From positions 8,496,001-8,556,000 of the forward strand of contig NC_087438.1 in the NCBI RefSeq assembly GCF_036321535.1: 60,000 bases of DNA. Reading direction: 5' to 3'. Positions 12,201 through 25,990 of this stretch are shown here, in pieces; the first letter of the stretch is position 1; every line of letters starts with the position of its first letter. Below the pieces are notes generated by a model, which was not told the origin of the DNA, ran no database searches, and was given only the letters and a program-made list of their open reading frames with translations. The translations under genes were made by a program, and so were the position numbers. The DNA comes from Camelus dromedarius. Its lineage: Eukaryota.

Positions 12201-13620
12201 GACTTTTAACCTTAGTTATGAAGATGTTTCTTTCTCTCTCTCTCTCTAGAAGATCTAAGGATGGATATGGCTAGATTTCTCAATACTTAAATGTGTTGTT
12301 CATTTCATGTTTAATGCCCATAAGGATATTGAACATGCAAAGTTAATAAACATTTCCGTAACTTTACCTAATATTTTAACCACTTAAATCATTTAGGCCT
12401 TTAATCAACCCAGAATTTATGTGCAGGTAGAAGTCTACTTTTACTTCATTTATCCATACAGACAGCCAACGACACAACATTCAGACAGAAGCACTGACTG
12501 AAAAAGTCTCTTCTTTCTGTCCCTCCCATAAATGAAATTCTCATACATGTAGAAGTCTATTTCTCATCTTTATATTATTCTTTTAAGGACATAATAAGGT
12601 AATTAATGGAAACAACTAGCGCAGTACCTGCTCATGTTTTCTTCTTATTCTGATTCTTTTTGTCTTGGATTGTTTTGTTCATTTATATTTACATGTGATT
12701 TTTTTTTTGAATCAATATTTTTGCTATTCCCAAAAAACCTTAGAGCTTTTGAATGGAAGAGCATAAAATCTGTATATTAGAAAGAATTCTCTTTTATATG
12801 CAAGGATTTTAAAGTGAACCTTGTCATTCACCAACCTGACACATATCTCCTTTTCCTCTGGTCTTTGTTATGAATGTCTATGAAATTCAATATTTACCTC
12901 CCCCAAAATTTTGCAGAACTTTTTTGGTTAGGGTTGTGTCACCTAAGATATGTGCATCCTATGCTTTTATTGTTTTTGTAGAAGAGACTTCGTTTTACAG
13001 TTTCTAGTTATTTATGGCTGGTGTACAAGAAAGCTATTGATTTCTGTGTTTTGAGATTGGATCTGGAAATCTTACTGGACTCACTTTGTTAGTTGTAGCA
13101 GCTTGTTAGTTATTTCCTTGTGTTTTCTGGGTATATGATGATGAAGTCTATAAACAATGGCATGTCTCTTGCTTCCCCACCCTCTGACCTTCTACATTTA
13201 GGATTGCCTAATACCTGAAGGATAATGTTGACTATTACAGGGGTATTAGGCATAGTAGTCCAGATTTGCATGGAAGTGCTTCTAATATGGCACTCCTAAA
13301 TATGAAATTCCTGACTGTTAACTGCTCAGGAAGTTAAAGAACTTTCCTTCCAGGTTATTCTGCTCAAAAATTATTTTTTAATTATGACTGGGTATCATAC
13401 TTTATCAAATGTAAAGGCATCTGTGGAGATGGCCACAGGCTTTTCTTCTGATTAATATTCATATACACTAGATCTCATTTGTTTTCTAATACTGAGCCAT
13501 CCTTGCATCTGAAAGAAAACTCACTTCACTGTGATCATTTTACATTTATATGACTGAATCTTACTTAGGGTTTTTTTTGCTCCAATGCTTAAAAGTGAAG
13601 TTGAGTTACCATTTCACTCA
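12200..13620 (-). mobile_element. Old, highly diverged LINE-1 (L1M/L1ME-like) ORF2 relic
   Basis: T-rich stretch with antisense L1 motifs (GCTGGTGTACAAGAAAGCTATTGATTT; TTTATCAAATG; GAGCCATCCTTGCAT); probably continuous with about 11000-11290. Confidence 0.6.
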
Positions 13621-14180
13621 CTGTTTTCCATTCCTGGCTTGGGCACTGGGGTCCTGTACAGCTTCCCATAAAATTCAATTTCTCTAAAATAACCTTATAA
13701 CCTTCACTAGGTTAGCCAACTCGAATCACACAGTGTCACCAGCTTGATGCCCTCTGCACCCCCACCCTCACATTATGTTTCACTCATATAGTGCCCACCA
13801 GATGCTCACCACTGCTTTTTTAAAGGACATTTTAATATGCAGTCCTGGAGCCCCTCGGGGTTGAGTGGCTGTGTCATTCAACTGCAGAACGAACACCGGC
13901 TTTTGAATCAGATCTGAAGTGGCCCGTTACTGTGTGAATGAGACTTACCCCACTCTGGAAAATGAACATACATCCTCTGTGTGCTGCTGAAAGGACTGAG
14001 CAAGGTAATCCTCCCAGAGCACCTGGTATATACAAGATTCTCCATAAATCGTGATGTGATGATTCTTTCTGATGAACGTGGACATAGCATTTGTCTCTTT
14101 GGAAATGGTGGCCTAGACCTCTGCATGTCAAGTGATGCATACGGTTTACAAAGGAAATGTACAAATACCACTCACAAAAG

Positions 14181-14628
14181 TGATATTTGGGTTAAATTGT
14201 GTCCCCCAAGATGATATGTTGAGGGCCACCCCCCCTGCAATGATTGTGAATGTGACTTATTTGGAAATAGAACCTTTGCAGACGTGATTAGTTAGAGTGA
14301 GTTCACACTGGAGTAATGTGGGCTCTTAATTCAATAGGACAGGCGTCCTTATAAAAGAAGGAAAATGAAGTGAAGACAATGGCACACAGGGAGACACCAG
14401 GTGATGACAGAGGCAGAGACTGGTGTGATGCATCTACAAGCCAAGGACACCTGGGGCCACCAGACACCAGAAGAGGCAAGGAAGGAGCCTCCTTTAGAGG
14501 CTCAGGAGGGAGCATGGCTCTGCCAACACCTTGATTTCAGACTTCCTGCCTCCAGAACTCTAAGGTAACACATTTCGGTTGTTTTAAGCCACCTAGTTGG
14601 AGTTACCTTGTTACGGCAGCCCTAGGGT
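14181..14628 (+). mobile_element. MaLR solo LTR (MLT1B/C-like)
   Basis: GGGTTAAATTGTGTCCCCCAA...GTGACTTATTTGGAAATAG...GCCAACACCTTGATTTCAGACTTC...TTGTTACGGCAGCCCTAGG. Confidence 0.88.
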
Positions 14629-16670
14629 GTCTTGTGGACCAGAACCAAGGAATGGTGTGGAGATGCAGGTTGTCAACGGAATAAACCAAGAGGAAGATAG
14701 CGCAGTGCCAACAACAAGAAAATACTGATGTTAAGTCAAATGTAATTTGAGCGAGTCTGAAAATAGAAACCTGTTCTGAACTGAGCACCAAGCACAACAC
14801 ATGGGGAAATGGCTGGAAGGGGACAGAGAAATGTGGTCACGTATGGCATAATGGTGAATGGTGGTACAGCGTTACTAAAATTGTATCAGATGCTCATTCA
14901 GTCATTGGGTAATGGGTGTAATGTTATCTGCTAGAATCTATCTGATAATGTTTTTAGTAAATGTTGCCATAGAAGCACAATTTCTTGGGGGCACAGTAAC
15001 ACTCGGCAAGTCATAATCTCCAAAGTAATTCTGCCAAGAAAGCAGTTCATGGAAAAGCACCTTGGGTACTGAGATTCCTTCCTGCCTTGTATCTCACATT
15101 TATGCTATCAGTTCATTCCTGCTAAAACTTGGGATCTGCACCTTTCTTGGCTAATGCCAATGTCAACCTTCAGAATTGCATCTGCCTCATCACTCCCTAT
15201 TTTCTGACTGAAGAGTACAGCTAAGTTCATCACTATATAATACAGATCTGATCTGACAGACTAGGCAAGCAAAATGTAGTCATGCTGGTTTCACTCTGGT
15301 CAAACAGGATCAAAGATACCACACCAAGAAAGTGGGTGACTGCATTTAACATTCTACAAATAGAATTAATTGACTTGCTCTCCAAGTCATATGATGGAAC
15401 TATTCTAAATCTGGGAATGAAACCAGAATTCCTCACCATCAATTCTCTTTTCTCTTCTCCAGACCATGCAGTCTCAAAGGTTTTATTCTCCTCTGATAAT
15501 CAATTTAAATGACAGCCCTCCTGCCAAACTCGGGGATCTAATTACAGAGTTAGGAAGGACAGATAATAGTTATTGCAACGTTCCACACTCAAAAAATTGT
15601 TGAGCAATGCTGATGGGTATAGATACCAAGATCCAATTTTCTTTAAAACATATATCCACATATTTTTCAATTGTCTAAATGTGGCTATATTAAAATCCAT
15701 CATTAATGATTATCAGCACAAAAATGTGTTACTAACAAATTAGCTCTGATGCTTATGTTTTGCTTTCTATTTTCATAGAATTCAAAAATATTGGTTAACT
15801 CAAAGAATACATGAATATTTTACTCTTACATGGTCTGCTACTGTAAGAGAGAGAGAGAAAGTCCTGAAACCCTTCTTCCCTCTCTCTTTCTGTATGAGCG
15901 TGAAAGCTTTCCGGAATTTAAAAATGATTACAGCAGGGGTCTAAGAGGAAGCGTATCAAGGCCAATGAATTGAGTGTTCACGATGCTATTCATGCTCGAC
16001 ATGGCTTTTTATAAAATCCTCACTTCTTGTCGCCTGGAATTTTGCTTATTCTTTCTTTTAATTGTCAAATTCCATGGTTACTTCCACCAATAAAACAACA
16101 ATGTCCTCTTAAAAGAAAAATACCCTAGCAGTGCACAATGCCTCTATTCTGTTTCCACTTCCTCATTCCCCAAGGAAAGCTTCCTTGCCAGAGCCCACTC
16201 ACAGCCAATAAACTCTTGCCAACAAAGACTTGAAATGATAAACTAAGAAAGGGAGAAAATGCATAAGCTACATTTATTTAGGAAAAAAAAACCAACAGTC
16301 CACATTTGCAAAACTCTTTAATACATACCATGATTAACCCTTGATGCACATTAAGAAAAATCATGAATGCTTGGGATACTTAAAAATTATCTTCTGCAAT
16401 CAATATAATTTCCCCCACACGTTACTGACATTCATTTCCAGAGACAGAGAATTAAATAAATACTTCATCCTTTACTGTTTTATTGGTTTATGGGACCCCT
16501 GACCTTCACTCTAAACATAAACTCTTTACATGGACCCATCAATATCAATCTCTGGGGCCCCACATCTGATTTTCCCCTTCCACCTCCTTCCAGTCTTCTG
16601 TTTCCCATCAAAGGGCAATTCCATTCTTCCAGTCACCTCATTATTGACTCTTTATTTTCACACACCGTAT

Positions 16671-17104
16671 TGGTTATGGGTTAAACGGTGTCCTCCCCCA
16701 AATTCACATGTTCAGTCCTAACCCAATATCTCAGAAAGTGACCTTATTTGGAAATAGGGTCACGGCAGATGTAATTAATCAAAAGAAGGTCGTACTGAAG
16801 TAGGGTGAGCCCCGCCCCCGCCCTGCCCATTCCGATATGATGGGCGTCTTCATGAAAAGGAGAAATTGGACACAGACACACACAGCAAGAATGCCAGGTG
16901 AACACTGGGGTTATGCTGCCACCAGCCCAGGAACTACCAGGGGGTGGGAGAGGGGCATGGAACAGATCCTTTCCTTCTGCCTTCGGAGAGGGCACGGCTT
17001 GATTTCACACTTCTGGCTGCCAAAACCGTGAAAAAATAAATTTCTGTTGTTCGAAGCCACCTAGTGTGCGGTACTTTGTTACGGCAGCCTAGCAAACTAA
17101 TACA
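16671..17104 (+). mobile_element. MaLR solo LTR (MLT1B-like)
   Basis: TTATGGGTTAAACGGTGTCC...GACCTTATTTGGAAATAGGGTC...TTTGTTACGGCAGCCTAGCAAACTAATACA. Confidence 0.88.
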
Positions 17105-18384
17105 GAGTATCCAGTCCATCAGCCAGTCCTACTGTTTCTCCACACCTGTATCATCTCGCCAGCATTTTCCTTCCAACACTAGGGCTATTCCTAGATTTCA
17201 CTTCCCCCAAGAAAGCTTTCGCTGAAATAGCATTAGTTCCATCTTGACTCCAATACTCATAGCGTGACATTATTTTAAATCGATTGATAAGAAATACAGC
17301 GAAAGGTGTGAGGCTTACTGTTTTGTGGTTTCCTCCACGCTCGCTGGCTGAGCACAGGCAAGCCTGCCTGCCTGCTGCAGGTCAACCTGCCGGGTGACGC
17401 CCACCTGCGGGGGGCTGAGCCTTCATCTGTCCTATTCAAGATTCCTCTCACTTTTATTCACAGTCAAGCTTTCAAAATTAATTCTGTTTCCCAAAGCATT
17501 TTTCTTCTGGAGAAAGGATTAGTAAAAAAGCCAACTGAGGTCCTCAAAATTACTAAGCAACATCATTTCTCACTGCATTTTAATACATCCATTGGGTTTC
17601 TAGTTTTTCAATCAGTTTTCTGAAAACATAGTTAGTAAGTGAGCTAAACTGAGAAAAAAAAACAGTTTGTGAGCCTGAAATGCAACAGCTACTGATACAA
17701 GGCGCTGTGTAATCAGGGCTAAATTGTGCACAGAGATGTCTGCGCTGGAAGGGATCAGAGGAGCCTCAGATCAATGAGAGGACTGGAGTCTTGCTGTGAG
17801 AATGTGTCTTTCTTTCTCACTTCGGTTTGCTCTGTCATCTGTACGCTCATCTCTGTTTCGGCTATTTTTTAAGTATTTAGAATTAATTTGCAATATGAAA
17901 GCATACTTAAACATCTTCACCCACAAGAAGTGCTGATTTTTCAACAGAATGGAAAAGATGGTAACTTGTAAACCAGGAGGGAGAGCGAGAATCATAAACT
18001 TCAGTCATTTACAAAATTAGATGTTATACCATCTTTTCTCCGGTGAATGAGTGACAGGAAATGAAATAAACGCTTAGGACCCAGGCAGACGGGTTCCCCC
18101 GCTGCCGTGTGCCTCCATGTCTTTCTGGGTAAGGAATATTTATTTGGATGCCTTTTTGCATCTGTAATGGTTTAAACTTCTGTACTCATTATTAGAAGGT
18201 ACAATACAGGATAACTCATTAGCCCCACAGAAAGCAGACTTGCTGTCATTCTTTCCCCAAATTGCTGCATACTTGTACTTACCAGCCTCACACTTTCTGA
18301 TGTGTCTTTGCCTTCACTCTTTCAGCAACCTCATGCAATTGGGTGAAAAGTCAGTAAATTAAAATATGCATCAAGGATAATAAA

Positions 18385-19000
18385 TATCCATTTGTTCACT
18401 CATTCAACGTGGAAACAAATACAGAGCGACCTTATCGTGCGGGACAATTCACCGATGCCCGTGAATCCACAGATGCCCAGGTAAACCTTAATACCCACCC
18501 CCGTGCGGACTTAGCCAGAGGTAACAGGTGCCAAGTTCACCCTAGTTAAGAAGATCAGAGAAGGTCACTGGAGGAAGTGACATTGAAGTGCAGCACCAAA
18601 GAAATAAGAGGAGTCACCAAACCAGTGGGTGAGGCTACAAACCACAGAGAGGAAATGAAAGGCTGAGAGCAAGATTTACTGCGTTGTGAAAGATGCAATT
18701 TTATCTACGAGGAATTCGAACTCACTGAGAAGTTTTCACTGAAGAGAACTGACAAGGTCAAGTCTGATTTAGGGCTTGTGACTCCAGATTTAATGGGTGA
18801 GAGAAGGCAAGAGTGAAACGGGATCATGGGGACCAGCGAGGAGGTGCCTTCCAGATCTGGGTTCTGAGTGGAAGGGTAGGGATAGAAGGAGAGCAAAGGG
18901 ACATGGGGAAGGACTAGACTGATCTGAGACAGACTCGGAAGGTGGATGGCCAGAAAATAGGGGCTGATGGCTGAAGAGGAAGGAGACCAAGAGGTATCAA
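18385..19000 (-). mobile_element. L2 LINE relic
   Basis: CATTTGTTCACTCATTCAAC tail, GATCAGAGAAGGTCACTGGAGGAAGTGACATTGAAG and a purine-rich L2-like body. Confidence 0.55.
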
Positions 19001-19124
19001 GAAGAAAAATATGATTTCTTAAAATTCAAAAGGTTATTCCTTTACGAGAAGGAACCATTCCACGTGAAAGGTCTGACATGCCTAGCTTACCGTTCAGTGT
19101 TTGATTACCAATGGGAATCTTTAC

Positions 19125-19612
19125 CCCAGACTCCGTGGCTTCAAACACCACATGGTTATCACTTTACAGTTCTTTAGGGCAGAAGCTCATTACAGGTCTT
19201 GGCAGGCTAAACCGAAGTGCCAACAGGGCTGCGTCATTTTCTGGAAGCTCGGGAGAATCTGGTTCCCTGCCCTCCCCAGGTCCTAGAGGCTGCCCACATT
19301 CCTTGGTTCATGGCCCCTTCCTTCATCTTCAAAGCCTACAAGGGCAGGTGGAGTCCTTCTCTGAAGTTTCTTTCACTGTCACCTTCCCCCCTGACCACAG
19401 CCAGGACCAGTTCTCATCCTCAGACCCGCCAGGCAATCCAGGTTTACTGTCCCCTCTCAAGGGCAGTTCTTTCCTCCCGTGATCACGAATGGCTGGTCAA
19501 CAACACTGATCGTAACCCTTAACCCCCTTTGCCCACGTGTGACATCACATACTGAGAGTTTCCGAGGTTCAGGACGTGGGCCTCTCTGGGGGTCACTCTT
19601 CTGCCTGCTCAT
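19125..19612 (-). mobile_element. MaLR solo LTR (MLT1C/D-like), antisense
   Basis: GTGGCTTCAAACACCAC...TTCTGGAAGCTCGGGAGAATC...TTCCTTGGTTCATGGCCCCTTCC...GGACGTGGGCCTCTCTGGGGG. Confidence 0.8.
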
Positions 19613-22600
19613 CCCAGTTCCAGCCCAGTCCAATTACTTTCTTTGAAATTATTTTTACACTATTTTGTTCTGGACAGAGCACACCGTGGGCCATGTTCCT
19701 CCCCTCCAGCCTGACGCAGAGGGCTTGCGTTTGCGGTAGTATTTCAGCATAATCCCTCCCAAAAAGAATTCCCAGGTAACAGTTTGTTCCTCCATAACCA
19801 AGACAGCACGAAAACCCGTCTCAAACCGTGAACCACTTAATTTACTTCTGACAGCTTTCCTTCAACAGCATTTTTAAGCATAAACATTGGCCAGTTTTCA
19901 AGGTGATGAGACCAACCTTTTATTTTTTTAATTTACTTTTAAAAATTGATTTAAAATAAGTACTTAAAATCATATGTATTAGGATCGTCAGGAGGATGGC
20001 TTAATTCTATGAATAGTCAAGAGAAATAAAAATCCATGTGAAAACTAAACACTGATTTATACAGTGCATTTACTTACATTTTTGTAACAAAATAGTTCAT
20101 TAGTAAAACAAATGATTGCTAAAATAGCTACAGAAATCACCAAAAACTCCTAGCAAGAAGAATAGATTATGTGATACTGCAGCTGGTAAAAGTTAAAAAG
20201 CAAACTATAAAAGACAAGTATGTAATTATTACCAATTTTTGTCTTCGACTTAGCACTGGACTAAGGTCCTTTACAGAACCCACGCCCACATACACTGGAT
20301 TGTGTCTGCATTTATCTCATTACTAATTGTAGTCAAAAAGCAAATAAACCAGAAGAAGAAGTCATTAAAGATCCTTTTTAAAAAAAAAGGCCAAATTAAC
20401 TGAGAAGAAACTTTTAATATAGATTGATGCTGCAAATATTTTTCTGAAATGAGCTCTCCTGATGAAACCACTGTGAAAAGACTCAAAAGTCCCCTCAGTT
20501 CACTCCTGCAATTGAGTAAATTACTGTTGATCACTTTGGTGCCAGTAGCCTGACACAAGGGACACTTTGCATTCATTCCTGTCACCCTCACAGCCCTGCA
20601 CCTGGACTGTGTCTCACTCGGGCTGGAGAAGGTCCTGGTCCCCAGCCAGCGCTAACAGAATGGGACAAGGAGAAGGAGGATTAATTTTTCCTTCATTTTG
20701 AAAGTATTTCATGATTTAGGGTTCAGTGGTATCACTTATCACAGGACAAATTTACGATCAAATATAAAATGCATAAATATTTTATTTAATAATCACTTGT
20801 AAGCATACCATCCCAAATTAAAATGTTCAGCATTAAATAAGCTATTCTCAAGTAACTCGTCTCTAAACTTACGTCTCCACATTATTTACCTGATTAAATA
20901 TAAATGTCCACAGTTATATTTCTGCATGTGAAGTTTTCTAAAACAATTCATGAAAACAGACTGCTTCAAAATATGCTTGGCAATAAATATTTGCCAGTAC
21001 CTTAGAAATTTAAGATTATGTCATTTTTTAATTTAAATTTTAATTATTTTCCTGCATCTATTCATTTTAATAGTTTAACTTATAGTACAGTTGCTAGACT
21101 TTACTCATAAAAAGATAGTCTCATGAGTTGCCTTTCCCCATCTGTAACCATGCAATAATGCAATATTTTATGTTTTTTGTATGTTTTTCAGTAACTTTTA
21201 TTAAAGGCATGGATATATTTTAAATGTACCACAGAGCAAAAGTGAAAATAGAATGTGTTTTTAATGGCTTATGTTTCTTCAAACCAAGACATTAATTTAC
21301 TTCTTTACATATTTTAATATATCTTCCTTTTACTAGGAACTATTTGCTTGTATATTAGAATCTTTCTCTTCTGATAACCACTGGTTTGTGAGTGTGTATG
21401 AGTGTGTGTGTGTTTGAAATAATATCATATGCTTTAACAACATTTTCTAAAATGTAGATAATTGATATGGTAGCAGACATCTTTCTGCAACAAGTATTCA
21501 GTAGGAAAAGTTTCGTTTTAAAAGCTTTTGCATTAAAACATACTGAATACATTCTATGCAGCATATATAACATAGTATAAATCATGGTTAGAAAGTGTTC
21601 ATACCTCTCATGGCATAAATAATCTTTATTTCAGAATTTAAGGGAGGTTGCAGTCAGTTTTGTTCATAATTAAGAATGCTATCTCAGAATTCTGAAATAC
21701 CTGAGATGAATCTTGCTTTTTCAATATTTTTTCCTTGTTGAATATTCCTTGAGTAAGTTAACTTTTATAAACCTTAATTTATGCATTTGTAAAATCATCA
21801 ATGTACTAGCATTTGTTTGTAAATTATAATAATGTAAAACCATTCCAAGGGAGCTTTTCTGAGTAATATGAATTATAAAATACATTATCCTAATATATTC
21901 AATTAAATGGAAACTTATGTTTGTAATTCAATATTTTCATGAAACAATACATCTTAAATATGCACGCTAATTAGAATATCACTAACGAATACAAGCTACC
22001 AAACTTTGTATGCAAATTCAAATGGCAAGTGAGTAGGCTATAAAATAAATTATCTACCCAGAAGAATCTGAAGAAGATATTTATTTTTAAATATAGGATT
22101 TTAGAGAGTAACTCAGAAGAGATCAAATTAACAAAATACTTTTCTTCCATAAAGTCCAGTAGAAGTTGTCTTAAATTTACGACAGATATTCCTGAGTAAT
22201 CAGACAATATATTTTCAAACTTGCTTATATTTTAGAAATGCTACAGAAAAAAATCTTATCCTCAAAAAAGTTATTTTTAAAACTGATATACTGTTAAATC
22301 ATTGAGAAACCATTAAAATATTAATAGCAGCATTCAAATCTAAGTTTGTTAGTTTCCCCTCATGCATTTTATTTTTATCCTTGTTCCCTGAGGAACCCAG
22401 CACTATACACACTGAATCTATCACTGCACATTTCAAGTTGGTTGCACTAAGGGTGAAGATGCAATTCTTCCCTAAGAAACAAGCTTTGGGGTCAACACAA
22501 CTCATGTTTTAAAATTTAAATATGTGAGCTCTCCATTTCGTATCACTTTCCTAGAGAGAGATACTTATAATTTCTATCATTATTATCAAGAAGGATAATT

Positions 22601-23091
22601 CACTAGCAACTACAAGAACTAGTTCTTGAATTAACTAAGTGTGTGCTGCCAGCAAACGTGTTCTGAGGAACTCAAAGATGGATGAACCCAGAATGGTCTC
22701 CAGAAATGGTCTCCAGAGGAGAGATGGGTCTTGATTCAGAGCCTCCATTCATACAGTCAAGAAATATTTCCTGAACACTATATTCTACTTTTTCTTCAAG
22801 GTGCAAAACAGGTTGGGTACTAACTCTAATGGTACAGGTCACCAGGAAAACATTACTGGACAAAAAAAGATTACACTTATTTCCAAATAAAACTCCTCAG
22901 TTTTCTTTGTGTAGATCACATATCCCACTGGGTTAAAGTTTCTACCACTTCCTTCATACTTTGGTCACTTAGGAACGAGTTGCCTTCCCTTCTTTTTTAG
23001 ATCACAGCCCTTGTAATTTACCATATGACTTTATAGTTGATTATGGAGAAGAAGTTGGTTTGTTTTATGCCATCATCATATCCCTTTCGGT

Positions 23092-23443
23092 GACTTAGTC
23101 AGTTAAGGCTACTGCAACAAAACACCAAAGACCGAGTGACTTAAACAACAAACATTTACTGGATACAGTTCGGGAGGCTGGAAGTCTAAGATCAAGGTCC
23201 CAGGAGATCTGCTGCCTGGTAGGAGGGCACTTCCTGGGGTATAGATGGCGTCTTCTCAAACAAGGCAGAGAGCAGAAAGTCCCAGGTCTCCAGCCACTCT
23301 AGTCCTTGCAAGAGACCTACAACCTCATCTAGTTCTAATCACTGCCCAAAGGGATCACCTCCTAATACCATCACCTTAGTAGGGGTAGGGAGGTGGGGGG
23401 AGTTCAACATATGGATTTGGGGAGGACGCATTCAGACCATAAC
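23092..23443 (-). mobile_element. MaLR solo LTR (MLT1A-like), antisense
   Basis: TTAGTCAGTTAAGGCTACTGCAACAAAACACC...GGAGGCTGGAAGTCTAAGATCAAGG...GCATTCAGACCATAAC. Confidence 0.85.
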
Positions 23444-24815
23444 CGTAACATGTTGAATTTTCACTTTTTTTTTTTAATTATAATGAGACTGACCTACTGT
23501 TGAGCATTAACATTTAAGATAACTGCTAAATTACATTTTCATCTTCTTTAACAGTATTTCATTTGTCCCCTCCAGTGCTTATGTAATAAATGGTATCTTT
23601 ATAAAAGTTGTCCAGATCACGAATTGCCATAATTCATACGTTTCCACGACAACCCACAGCCTTCCATTCGAAAATAAAAGTGACCCCGAATCCGTGGAGA
23701 AACACTTAGATGACTTTTTCATTTCTATACCATCAATTTATTTCAGTAAAATGACATTGGAAATATATAAATGTGTATATGTGTATATATGTAACTTATT
23801 TATTCACGTATATATCACTTATCGAAATACATACATATTTATAGTCATATATATATATATCATGACCTTCAGTTAATAGGGAAAACATCTAAATAAGAGC
23901 TGATGTATGCACAATGCACATTTTTCAATTTACATCATATACTAATGTTCCTCTAAAGTTCATAAACTTCATAAACAATTCTCTTTGTATTAGTTTGTGT
24001 TTCTTATCCTTTGCTTGGGAGTCTAACATGGCTCTCAAATTGAAATCTCAATTCCTCTTTCCACTTGGGAATGAATATTCAGCTTTTAGTATGTGACACG
24101 TGTTCTGTCACTTTGGAAACCAGTACACCCAGTTTGGGCTTCTGTACTTTTTCCTTTGGATTCTACATTATCTGTCACATACAACTTCATCTTTTTAACA
24201 AGTGTCCCCACATTCTCCAGTTGTGTCATGACTTTGTTTTCTACTTCACTGATTTACCTTCTCATTCTGTCACTTTAATTTCTAGTGTAGTTTTATTTCA
24301 CTGGTGATGTTTTTTTAATCCCGTATCATTCTTCTTTACTATATGCTTTGTTCTTGTTACCTCTTGGAGTGAAGATCTGGCTTCTTTGCTGGTTTCAATG
24401 TCTTTGCTTTGAGGCAGAATTTCATGGCTTAATTTCTTCACATTTACTACTCCTCCCTCTTTTGAGACGTCTGTGTGTTTTCAAAACATTGGCTCATCCA
24501 ACATTGCTTTGTATGAACTTCTACCCCTCCTTTTAAGTTACTTTATTTTCAATGCACTTATTTTCTTTCAGGCAATTTACAGACATTTATGTAGAATTTA
24601 ACGGAAAAAGGCATGAGATGTTACTGTACTACTACTTGAAAAACCTTCCCTTTCTCTGCCCAAATCTCAACTTGGATAAAGAAGAAGGGGCTGTTTGATG
24701 ATGTATATGCGTTAGCAATACTTCATAAAGAAACAGCGTTCCAACAGGACAGTTGGTACTGGATGCAAGGTTTGCAGATGAAGAAAATGAGGCAGAAAAG
24801 TTTATGTAATGTACT

Positions 24816-25644
24816 GCAAATCAAAACCACAATGAAGTATCACCTCAACCAGTCAGAATGGCCATCATTAAAAACTCCACAAATGATTAACTGCTAAGGT
24901 GTAGAGAAAAGGGAACCCTCCTACACCATTGGTGGGAATGTAGTTTGGTGAAGTCATTATGGAAAACAGAATGGAGATTCCTTAAAAAACTAAAACTAGG
25001 CTTACCCTATGATCCAGCAATCCCACGCCTAGGCATATATCCAGAGGGTACACTAACTTGAAAAGATACATGCACCCAAGTGTTCATAGCAGCAATATGT
25101 ACAATAGCCAAGACATGGAAATGACCTAAATGTCCACTGACACATGACTGGATAAAGAAGTTGTGGTATATTTATACAATGGAATGCTACTCAGCCATAA
25201 AAAAGAATAAATTAATGCCATTTGCAGTAACATGGATGGACCTGGAGATTGTCATTCTAAGTGAAATAAGCCAGAAAGAGAAAGAAAAATACCATATGAT
25301 ATCACTCGTGTGGAATCTAAAAAAAGAAAAAAGAAGACATTAATGAACTTATCTACAAAACAGAAACAGACTCACAGACATAATAAACTTACGGTTATGG
25401 GGGGATGGGGGTGAGAAGGAATAAATTGGGCATTTGAAATTTGCAAATGCTAACTACTATGTATAAACTAGATAAAAAACAATGTTTTTCTGTATAGCAC
25501 AGGGAACTATATTCAGTATCTTGTAGTAGTCTATAATGAAAAAGAATATGAAAAGGAATACATCTAGGTATATGTATGACTGAAACATTATGCTGTGCAC
25601 CAGAAATTGACACATTGTAACTAATTATACTTCAATCAAAAATA
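24816..25644 (+). mobile_element. LINE-1 3' end inserted into a MIR
   Basis: ORF2 C-terminus (GCAAATCAAAACCACAATG; ORF 25161-25343 MWYIYTMECYSAIKKN), 3' UTR; imperfect TSD AAAAGTT(T/A)ATGTAAT(G/T)TACT at 24796-24815 and 25645-25664. Confidence 0.93.
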
Positions 25645-25784
25645 AAAAGTTAATGTAATTTACTCAAAGTCAGAGAATGAACAAACAGCAAAGCAGGGAT
25701 TCAGATTCCTGTCAGAACACTGCACGGATTTTTTTTATTACACCAAACTCCCTCTAAAATTATCTCAGGGAGGAACAGCCTAGG

Positions 25785-25990
25785 GGGCAGAGGTGGATGG
25801 TACAGGATCTCGAACTGGCTGCCCACCCAGCTCCTTACTATGGGAACTGAATTATTGCTGTTAACCTCAGTGAGACTTTCCCCAACATCTGAGTGATAAT
25901 ATCAACTTCAGGGGGCACTGAAGCAGCTAAATGAAATGAAATATGTGAAAAGGCCTGATACATTACAGAAGTTGAGTAAATGTTGTTGAC
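25785..25990 (+). mobile_element. MIR SINE relic
   Basis: CCCAGCTCCTTACTA...TTAACCTCAGTGAGACTTTCCC...TAAATGAAATGAAATATGTGAAAAGGCCTG...GAGTAAATGTTG. Confidence 0.6.

Noticed and set aside
18283..18329. Strong minus-strand donor CTG|gtaagt
   Set aside because: Only a weak GAG acceptor, and stops in all frames; single donor motifs are common by chance.
22139..22250. Protein-like stretch SKFENILSDYSGISVVNLRQLLLDFMEEK
   Set aside because: In-frame stop after the nearest good acceptor, poor donor, no known homologue recognised.
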